64,000 nt of DNA from the NCBI GenBank assembly GCA_030141605.1, contig JAQGDQ010000004.1:1302001-1366000 (forward strand), read 5' to 3'. Under the pieces are notes generated by a model that was not told where the DNA came from, made no database searches, and saw only the letters and a list, made by a program, of their open reading frames with translations. Positions within the stretch are counted from its first letter, which is position 1, and each line of letters opens with the position of its first letter. A program made the translations under genes and the position numbers. The stretch is from Tubiluchus corallicola (Eukaryota > Animalia > Priapulida). This document shows, piece after piece, positions 53,901-64,000 of the stretch.

Positions 53901-56900
53901 GTAATTGTAATATGTTTAACTAAATATAATCTTGCACAACAACTAACCACACATTCAGTATTGTTTTTATCATTTGAAATAATTTATCGTATCGTGTCGT
54001 ATTCTATCCTATCACCAAATTTGTATTGCTTAACATCCCTAGTTCGACACTTTGGTGAACATTTACACTAACTGACAGGCACTAATAATTTTAACAATGA
54101 TACGTATTCCTGTTTGTTTACAGATATGCCACAACTATTGAAAATGTGCAAAAAAGAGACTAGTTTGGGATTAAGATTTTATTGGAGATTTTTTTCTGAT
54201 TTACGATATATGCACAATGTACAATAAAAATATACAATACACACATGTAGATATGAAATGACACTACCTCAGTTGTTTGTTCTTGGAAAGCATACAGAAT
54301 ACCATCAATAAGTTGTTCTTCTAATCTAGAGTCGATATCACTTGAACCAAGGTTTGCCATTATCTTCTCAATGGTCTCCATCACCATCTTACGATATTGT
54401 TCATTCTCGTCTTTCAGATCGTCCACAACTCGTCCGATGATTTCTGCTGCTCCAACTTTATTGGCAATCTCTACGGTGGTATCTACCAACTATAATAAAA
54501 TAACGAGTATTATTGTACATAGTAAAAACTACCTGAACACACATGCTGAAAAATAATGGTTTACACTGGGCTTATTTTAAGAAATCGTACAGAATATAGT
54601 ATTGTACACACTACTGTCCAAATACAAAACAAATTTTCGTTTCAAATTTCAAGAAGTACTTAAAATATCATAATGGGACACGTTGGCTGATATTAAACTA
54701 GAACAATCTTAATGATTGCTGTGCAGTTTGACAAGCAAATAAAGCAATTCTAAAGGCCCTTCAATAGGTTTTATAAAATAATCACCGTAAGCCTACTGGC
54801 ATTTTAACCAGCATAATATAAAAATATTTAAGGGATCTTATTAGCATAACCTAGAATTACAACTATGTTAAGGCAATTCTACTGACAACAGTTCTACAAC
54901 CATATTAATGTATGCACGTCCTGTTGGCATGTAATCTTAAGGGATAGATGTCATTCATATGTACTGTATAAGATCGTATTTGAAAGGAAGGATATTTATT
55001 CAAGATTTCCACACCTGCCGATAATTTCTTCTGTCTAACGCCATTCTGTGATTCCAGAAATGTTTAAAAAAGTGTGGTAAAATTTCGTCTCTGATGTACT
55101 GTGCTTCTACACCATCTGTAGCACAACATTGTTTTACAACCTGCAAAAAGTATATATAGATAACCATTGATGTTCAATTTCTGTCAACACTCATACACTC
55201 AGAGTGTTGCACTAGCATATACAATTGTACACATGAGTACTCAATCTTAAAAACAGCAAAAATTTGGAGCATTTCCCAGCTATGTGTAGCATGATAGAGG
55301 TTAAGCACAAAGTAAAATGGACAATAATATAAATAGAATTTATATAACACCTTTTTTCAATATTAAGAATTTATTAACTTTCATTCTAACTGTAGTAGGT
55401 CGTATAAGCAAAATACATTACCTTTAAAATGATACAGATCGTCATAATTGGCCAGAAAAAAACGTTTAGAAATGACAGAAGTTAAACCAAGCAGAAAATT
55501 TTTGCGTGTGAAATTTAAAATAAAAAAAGATATTACACACTTGCTCCGCTCCCTAAAAAATTAATATTAACAAATGTGAAGAACTTTCCTTAATGTATTT
55601 CAGGCTCTTACTTCTGTCATAAAACAGCATTAATACACTGATTAATAATACAGTCTGCGATACACAAACCTTTAAAACAATTTTCTTCATTTCTTCATCA
55701 GGAGACTGGAATTCACGAATCAGGATCAACATCACTTCTCTAGTGTAGTAATTAGCATACTCAGCATCCATAAGTGGGATAAGGTAACCGATAGCTTTCA
55801 GGAAAGCAGCCAGGCCCTGTATTAAAAAAAATCTCTCATAATACTGCTAGAAATTACAATCTTCCTTCTGTTATTCAGCAGGGTTAACCTTCCACTTGTA
55901 CATAAATATACACACAACATTGTGAATGTCAAATAAAGTTGGATGGCTAGCCTTCCACACAACAAAGATAAACTATTAAATGTAATATTTAGACATTACA
56001 TTTATTTAGCATTGTAATACAAAGTCATTTTGAAAAAAAAACATTGAGTTTCTTGTGTAAGATAAACATATGCTGTACTTACTTTGCCTCTATGAGTTCT
56101 AATACCCTTCCATAAAGGTTTGAGTACGCTGTCAAACGACTCGATACCATACGGTGTTGCAGCCTCTGCTAGGGCAGCTAATGCTAAAGCTGTAATGGTC
56201 CTAACTTTCTGCTGTTCGTCAACAAGACCTAAAGCAAAACACATTCCCCTTGAATACATAAACTACAAAAGGTCATAATGCTAAAAGAGAGTTCACAGTT
56301 CCAGTTGTCAAGGACTCAAATATTAGATGTATGCTGAGGAACAGACTATTGGAACTTATGGATAGACAAAGTTTCTCAATTTGCAGTTCACTTTTCTTTA
56401 CGAAATATTGATGATATCGGATGACTGCAGATGATTCTAGCAATATCCCTTCCCTGATTTTGATGCAAGAATTGTCAGGGAAAAAATCTGCCAATTGCTT
56501 TAATGTCAGCGAAACGGTTGCCATATACATGTGAATCAATAAAATTTTATGCAGTGAAACTTGGAGACATGCACAACGTAATCGCCATCAGGACCCGGAA
56601 GCCCTGATTCAGCGTAACAAAGTAGTTCTGCCGCCCGGAACACACATTTTAGAGTAAATCACATCAGAATCAAAAGAAGTTTTACAGTTTACAATTAGAC
56701 TTCTGTGGAAACTTCAATATACTATACATTTTGTAAAAAAGTGCTTTTCCAAAAGCATACATCAAGAATCTGTATATAACTAATATGCAGAAAATTACCA
56801 TGTTCAATGATTTCAACAAGGTTTCTCAGATGAGGCAAGATAGCACAACCCATAAGGATGGAAATCTGCTGAACAATCTTGATGCCAGTGTGCCGAGCTT

Positions 56901-59900
56901 GCCAAGACTTCTTGCTTCTACATACGGCCTTCAAGAAAGGCAAAAGTGATGGTATACCCAGAGCAGAAGCAACAACAGCAAATGCACGAGCAGTAGTGTT
57001 TCGCACATACTCATCAATGTTGTCTATGTCAGGTCTCATGGTTGAAATCATTGTAGCAAGACCAGCAGCCTACAAACATTCAAAGAAAATTACTGCAATG
57101 TTACTTTTAAACTTAAAATTGCACTACTTTTTGAAATATATTTATGAAAAGAACAGTGTAATCAACACACAATGTAACAGCTAAATTTACATTTTACAAA
57201 ATGTTATTTATTTATGTCCAATAAAAGTAAATGATTCCAAATTTTGTTGCAAATTTTGTTTTCTTGATCTTTCCATTTGTTTTTCTTGTTTCACCAATGT
57301 TTTAGCAACTACAAGTATACCTCAACTGTATTTTTTTGTTTGGTAATGTGAATATATATATATAACAAAATTTAGAATTTCCTGCATATATTGTCGCAGT
57401 GCAGGTTCAACATTACAGAGTCCCTATATTCGAGAAAGATGTTACTATAGAGTACGTGCTCACTTCTAATGTACAACTGTATTTACCCAATTGTAGTACG
57501 TAAATAAAAAACTAGTTACAGTTACAATTTACTTCAAAATATTTTTTATTTGTCACTGTTACAGTTCCACAAATTTGGATTAGCTTTCAGACTGTAAAAA
57601 ATATGTGGCAGAATGTATTATACCAAAGTGCATGTTGTTGCAGTACTTTATCAAAAAAATCTATTGTGGTACCATAGTAATACTAGTGTATACTCTGTAT
57701 TCCAATAAAAGAAAATAGAAATGAAAACTGGACTCAACATTTACCTTTGCTAAATTTGAGATGATTTCTCGTCCCTCAACCCTCGCATAATAATCTTCGT
57801 CAATTAGCAGTGGTTCTATGACTACAAGAATCTATAAAGAAAAGTAGTCAGGCTATAACATCATACAATTAAACAAGACACGTACAATTACTAATATTTT
57901 ACAATAAAGTGCAAAATTTAATAGCAACAATGGCATTAAGTTACACAAAGTTATAATTTTATGTTTAACATTTGTTAGAAAGGACAGACTTGCTTTGTAA
58001 ATGCAGATATAATAAACAAAGCTATAGTAAAAATGATACCTTATGAACATACGGCCGCACTAAGTCGTCTAATTTGTACAAAATGCGATCAATGACTTTC
58101 ACAAGCAGATGTCGCTCTTGATCTTCAAGTGTAGGTGACATCAGCAGTGGCAGAATCTGATTAAATAATGGCCCGGCACCCATCTCACGAGCTTTGTCTG
58201 TGATCTGCCTAAGTGCAGCCTGAAAAATAACGTTTATAAATGAAAGTAACAAAATAAGTGATGTGTGACTTTTAACAACTTAGTCTTGGACGTGAAAGTA
58301 CAGTGCTCGGTTATGTTAGATGTGAATGCATAAAAGAATATGCTTATTTCACCAGGCTGTGCAGCTCAGTGGTAGCATGGTCGCTTTCCACCTGGGAAGT
58401 CAGAGGTTCACTTGCTACTAAGTCATAATAAAGACAAAAAATGGTACCGATGGTTCGAGTAAGCACATAGGTTTATCGAAGTAACATGCAGGTAATAATA
58501 ATCGGGACCACCTTGGGAAAGAGTATGAGTTAGTTAAGGTGTTATCCCTGGACTATTCCCTAAACGGAGTTGTTATTATTATTACAACACCAAGAATGTT
58601 TAAACACAAGCTGCCTTTGCAACATCACTTTCAACAAAATTTTTAATCATAATATAATTACGTTAAGTATCACTTGTATTTTTCAACCTACAATGAATCT
58701 TTCCACAACCATTCATAATTTTAAATCATAGCTTGCATAATATTCAAAGATTGCAAATATTTTCACACATCAGTTAACACTAAACACTATAAACAAAAAA
58801 CATGTTAATTGTTGATTCAAATGAATGCCAATCAATTTGCTTAAATGATAAATAATGCCATACAGTTTATTGAAAACAACAAAAAAATTACGCAAACCTT
58901 TCTCATTGGTGGTGTTCCGTTCTTTATCTTCAACAGCAGCTTCATGATTTTCCTCTCTTTCTGTTCTTCGGGGCTCAGGCTCTCCTCGTCCACATCAACA
59001 AGTAGTTTGTCAAAGTACTGGGCATCTTCCGGTTTGAGAAATGGCAAATTTCCTACAAATACAGATGGCGTAACTGCTGCATGTCAGAATTAATGGTGGG
59101 ATAATTTGAGAAAATATATTAAGTTCTCGCCCGAGCCTCTAGATTATGATAACTAATGGCATACTTCTAATTATTATTTTCTGTAATATTTATATTTAAA
59201 TATATTTGTTAAACTCTTGTTAAGTATCTTCTAAAGCTAGTAAAACAGTCAACAAACAAGCAGACATTTATGTTAATGCTGGCCAATGATTAAAATTTGC
59301 AATTTCAGAAAACTGTCAGGAAAAACGAATTAACCGCTCTGGAAAACTAAAAAGTGGACATTGAACAATCCCGACCAGATTTTAAAGGAATTCTAGCTGA
59401 CAATTTTCTGATTTTGAAGAATTTACATTTGAAGTTTGGCCTCTCCACATTTATATCAGATCTGTCAAATCTGACAAATAAATAAATCTAAATCTAATCT
59501 AAACATCCGTAATGTAAAGTGCCAAGTAAAGATTTAAGAGGGAATTCATTGTTATTGCTGCTGTTTGATTTGAGTTGAATGATTGAAAGAGTAAATGCAG
59601 AGCTGTGGAAAACAAATGACCAAATGCAATGGAAAATTGTGGAAAACCAATGTAGGAATACCATCACTTTACAGTCATACCAACAAGAAATAAATGGATA
59701 TTTGTAGTACTGAAGGGTTTGTCAAAAGATTTCCGAAAAACGAGATCTGTCAAATCTTTCTTAAATATCCTCAACAGTGTTAAGGAAATTTATAATTTTG
59801 ATTAGGATAAAATCAACTGATGTTACATCAGTTTACCTTTAGGCTGTGTTTCCATGTACTTGGCTGATTTATCATCAACAGGCATATGAAAGCCACTCAT

Positions 59901-62900
59901 TCCTGCCATAGGTGTAGGGGTTGACGTTAGCTTGCGTGCAGGAGTTCTGATAGGAACATAATTAGCAGGAGGTTGTAACACCTAAACAACAAGTAAAATT
60001 AGCTAATTATTGGTTAATAATTGCAAAGCAATTATGAACTCTCATACTTCTTAAATGTTACTAGTAGCGGCAGAATAAAGGTGACTATTAAACTACTGGC
60101 CCATTGTTATAAAAAACTTCCAAGCTACAATAAGATAGCACTGATTATTTTTCAGATTAACCTATGAAAACAAAGTCTTTGAACACTATTTCAAATAATG
60201 AACTGTGCAGGGACTTTTTCAAACAACATTCTAATCACTTTTCATTAATTTCTCATAGGTTTTACCTTATAAGCTCAAAGAATAACAGTACTTAAAAAGT
60301 ATTTTTCTAACATTCTTTAACTTAATGAAAGCAAATATGACAAATGCTGATCTGTTAAATTTAAGTTAATTTTTACCTTATATCCAGGAGGAAATAAAGC
60401 ATTCAATTCCTCATCTGACAAAGGTCTGTTTCGTTCATCAATTTCTCTCTCCCAGCGATATGCCTGTAATTGTTCTGGTGTCATAGACATGAGATGTCCT
60501 AAAAATATCAAACATTACATCAGCATAAAATGAATAGTTGTACAATATATTATTATGTGCCGCAAATATGTCGGCCATAAATTTAATCACAACAGTAAAA
60601 CTTTATTATGGTAAAAGTAAGTGGTATAGTAAGAGTGTACTGCACCTCAACCTTACATAAAAAACATAGTTAAAAAATAAATAAACAAACTGAAATTAAT
60701 TACCAGGTGTGGGTGTAGCCATGGCCATTGCTTTCTGGCCAGTCGGCGTCACTCCACTAGGTGTCATTCCTGGAGTCATATTGCTGGGCGTCATTCCACC
60801 AGGAGTTGACATGCCTGGGGTGCTCATCCCAGAAGTCATTGTGGGTGTGGCACCAGCAGGTGTTTCATCCCACCGGGATCTACGTTTAGAGGTACTTGGT
60901 GTTCCGCCAGGTGTATCCTGAATGCTGTCCACACCACGATCTGTTCGTGGAGTCTCTGCCCATCCACTGCCACCACGACCCGGAGTATCTATAAATGCAT
61001 TGAAAAAACAATATTGCTAATATTTTGGCCATCTCACATGAGGTGTGTGGAAAGAAACAAAAGAGATGCCTGTGTTGCTGGCAATTGAACTAACTATATT
61101 TCATGTTTATGCCATGGATTCTTTCCTTGCCAAAAAACAATTTGAATAAATGATTAAATAACAGTGAGAGGGTTACATAATTACAAAGCAACAGCAAAAA
61201 CCAGAATTTATATGTTTAGTTACGCAATCACAGGGTCTGTCCAGATATACTGCAACATGGTTTAAAATAGCATATACCTCTTTCTGTACGTGGTGTTTCA
61301 TCCCATCTGTTTCGTCTAGCACTAGGTGTCATCTCTCCATGTCCTGGTGTAGCATGACCTGGTGTTGATGCCCCTGGGGTAGCATGTCCAGGAGTGGCTT
61401 CCCACATTCTGGTACTGGGAGTTGCACCAGGTGTTTCCGATCCTTTCTGTGTTCTGCCAGGAGTTTCTTCCCATCGAATGCTTGACGGAGTCTGTGAACA
61501 AAAGATGCACTTCATAAAGACAAACGTAATCAAATTTTTGCAATATTTAAATAATAAACACTTAAAATATACTATGTGCCAGGCAGAGCCAGCACACAAC
61601 AATTACATGCAAAGAGAAGTTTTTATTATTCAAGGATACATGAACTAAAAGACCTTTGAGAAAATAGCCTCTGATGAAATACACATTGCTTAACATAGTT
61701 AGCATTGTCTTTATAGCAATTATTGCAAAAGCAAAAGTCTTCAAAATAAGCATCACGAAAATGCACTTTATATAAGTATTTGTTATTTATTACACAAGGT
61801 ACTGGACATGCACATTTTACTTTACCAGTCTGGGAGTCAATTAACGAACAGCTGTTCAAAAATTTGTGCATCACAGTTATCACATATATACATATATTAT
61901 TAATTGTAAATGTTTAATAGTGTCTACACTTTAGCTTCAACACATAAACCAAAATGCTTACAGGTCACATATGCCAAAGCCCAAGACAAAACCTGTCTAA
62001 GTGAAAAGTTGTTACAGAACTATTACAACATACATCAGCTTGATCCCAAGAACTGCCAGAGCTTTTCTTCTTCGCTGGAGTGTCATCTCCTCCACCAGCA
62101 GCCACATCCCAACGACGTCGTTTTCTTTCTGTTGATTTCTGCTGTTGTGCAATGTTCTCTTTAGATGCGGAAGTGTCGCCACCTGATTTTGCCTTCTCCT
62201 GAATCTTCTGCCGAAGCTCTGCCTACGAATGATTAGCACTTGATTAATACAAAGCAAAAATGCTTCTGATCAAATACATAACAGAAACGATATAAAAAGG
62301 TCACAAAAATTAATTAACCATTCTGAACTAATGTCACCCATAGGATATTTTTGCCTGCAGCAAAGCACAAGGCTTTAGAATGTCTGACACTGGGATAATG
62401 AGAGACAGCTGTAAAATGTGACAGATATAGCGTGGAAATTTAATGCCGGTGTTTCTGCAAATTTCATTAAAGTTACCTGAAGACAGGTAGAAGTCACCCG
62501 TCAACAGAGGCGGTACGCTGGGCCTGCCATGTTTACTATTTCTCTGTATTAATGAAACCTTGTATCTTTTTTTGAAACAGAAAAAAATTGTTGAATTTGC
62601 ACACTGCTGTAGATCAAGCAAATACATTAAAAATAGACCAATTAGAGCTCAGTTAAAATAGATTAACCCTATTTAATGATGATGGTGGCAGGACAGAAAT
62701 CTAGTTTATCAGCATGAAGAGCAATTCACATTTGCCACGACTAAATGAGAATGGATCCTCCCTAAATTGAAAGTAGACAATATGACAATTAAAACTGCCC
62801 AAAAACTTTCCAGCCAGTCACTCGCATATTTGCTTGTGTTGATTTAGTGCAAACAATGAGACCAATGAACTATTCTCCTTCAATTAACTGATTGCAGTAT

Positions 62901-63280
62901 CTATGGAAATGCCAGAACTTCTTAATTATTTTCCTACATTACAGCAAATGCTCACAGCTTGCAACCTGTCTGCTGTTATCTTAATCCAAAATGCGTCTGC
63001 AGAAAAATCCTATCACCTTTTTATGGGCAAAATGTAAAATAAAATGCCCACATGTGCCTCAACGCTTTACAGAGAAAGTGACCAAAAATGACGCTAATTT
63101 CATTTACTTTTCACAGTCTAATAAACTGTACAAAAGTCATACAAAATCACGCAAAGTGGTAATAAATAGATTAGTTGCAGGCAAAAAATACAGGATACAT
63201 TACCTCCTCTTTGGAGAGGAACTGCCGAGCCATGGCTTCAGCGAAAGCACTTCGCTGAGGTATATCAGGTGTTTTTCCTC
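47975..63280 (-). CDS. SF3B1: Splicing factor 3B subunit 1 (U2 snRNP, HEAT repeats); 5'-partial, first exons lie beyond 64000
   Basis: Exons 63280-63204, 62222-62034, 61491-61278, 60988-60704, 60498-60377, 59981-59837, 59052-58898, 58219-58040, 57831-57745, 57069-56799, 56228-56083, 55816-55670, 55140-55015, 54489-54268, 53013-52831, 52330-52152, 51221-51036, 50824-50552, 49706-49490, 48133-47975. It has RWDETP ULM motifs, TP repeats, the p14-binding [41 protein letters not shown] and C-terminal [18 protein letters not shown]. Confidence 0.98.
53482..54041. mobile_element. hAT MITE with 8-bp target-site duplication in an SF3B1 intron
   Basis: Terminal inverted repeats TAGGTATGTTAA ... TTAACATCCCTA. 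Flanks gtttgaca and gttcgaca form an 8-bp TSD with one mismatch consistent with CpG decay. Subterminal ATCGT/ACGAT repeats are present. Confidence 0.85.
56586..56680 (-). ncRNA. Tentative C/D-box snoRNA-like element (SNORD13/U13-like layout) in an SF3B1 intron
   Basis: Two CTGA boxes (56612-56609 and 56591-56588). An 11-nt element ACTTTGTTACG is complementary to 18S CGUAACAAGGU. The C box is non-canonical (TGATGTGATT). Confidence 0.25.
58355..58584 (+). mobile_element. tRNA-derived SINE, antisense within an SF3B1 intron
   Basis: A tRNA-like head ggctgtgcagctcagtggtagcatggtcgctttccacctgggaagtcagaggttca (A box, degenerate B box) is followed by an unrelated body and a (TTA)n tail at 58573-58584. 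Confidence 0.75.
62477..62565 (-). other. Candidate PTC-containing poison cassette exon of SF3B1
   Basis: Acceptor tttttttctgtttcaaaaaaag at 62566 and donor CAG|GTAACT at 62476 bound an 89-nt segment with in-frame TAG TAA at 62538-62533. Confidence 0.5.
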
Positions 63281-64000
63281 CTGCAACAGAAAGCAAAATG
63301 TCACGACACAAGTCGTGACAATGAGTACGTTTTAGTGTATGAAAGATTTCCACTATAGCACAAAAATGTAAAATAACAAACCAAAGCAGCAAATGTGATA
63401 ATGGATGTGGAAGCATAATTTCGAACAACCCAACTTTTCACATTTTTTTGTGACAACAGAAACAATAAAGCATTGGTAATGGTAATGGTACCATATAATA
63501 AATGTAAAAGCACAAAGTAAATGACAGACCTCAATCACACTTGCTCCTTCAGATGATAATTCAAAAAAAAACTGGAGTACTTGTCACACAAAATAATACT
63601 GACTGCCACTAGCAAGTCAAAACACTCAAGATTCTTAAGAAATTCACAAATGAATTCACGTAAGAAGCAGAAAAATGGATCCAATGTGACAAATACTTAT
63701 TTAGCAACAAGGTTGGTTCATTCTGGAATGCAAACTCATGACTATCAGGGATGGGAGCTTGAACAAATAAGATCAACAGTAAAATTACCAAGCTGATATT
63801 ACTACTCAAAAAGTATTAGTTGTATTTGTATGTACCAACAATTTGATAGAAAGAATGAGCTAAACACATAAAAAGCACACTCATTTCTACACAAAATTGT
63901 ATAGCTAGACTAGTATTATCAATTGCCAATAGTTCGTTTAGCTCTTATAGACCTGCATATGCATAATTTCTGCATATGGATAACAACCTGACTACAGAGC

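Noticed and set aside
51036-57069. SF3B1 cancer-hotspot and drug-resistance positions (E622, R625, H662, K666, K700, G740, K741, G742, R1074, V1078 equivalents)
   Set aside because: All appear wild type ([34 protein letters not shown]), so there is no natural variant of note.
58355-58430. tRNA gene
   Set aside because: The T-arm and acceptor stem are degenerate, and it is followed by a SINE-like body and (TTA)n tail, so it is called a SINE.

Overview
AT-rich, intron-rich animal (probably invertebrate) genomic DNA; no prokaryotic features. I assembled four spliced protein-coding genes by hand from splice sites and recognisable motifs. They are a SOCS7-like gene (+, 6377-13584, 6 coding exons, about 905 aa), NUB1 (-, 30033-16751, 14 coding exons, about 602 aa, one GC-AG intron), an SLC24/NCKX K+-dependent Na+/Ca2+ exchanger (+, about 37008-45154, 9 exons) and SF3B1 (-, 63280-47975, first exons outside the window). 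SOCS7/NUB1 and SLC24/SF3B1 are tail-to-tail pairs; NUB1 and SLC24 are head-to-head. Introns and intergenic DNA carry pogo/Tigger-like and hAT MITEs, CR1/L2-type LINE remnants and tRNA-derived SINEs. The best leads are a candidate NMD poison exon in SF3B1, a SNORD13-like intronic element in SF3B1 that is complementary to the 18S rRNA 3' end, a perfect 22-bp hairpin in NUB1, a possible truncated SH3-ligand-only SOCS7 isoform, and a His-rich exon in the NCKX loop. All family assignments rest on remembered motifs, not database searches.
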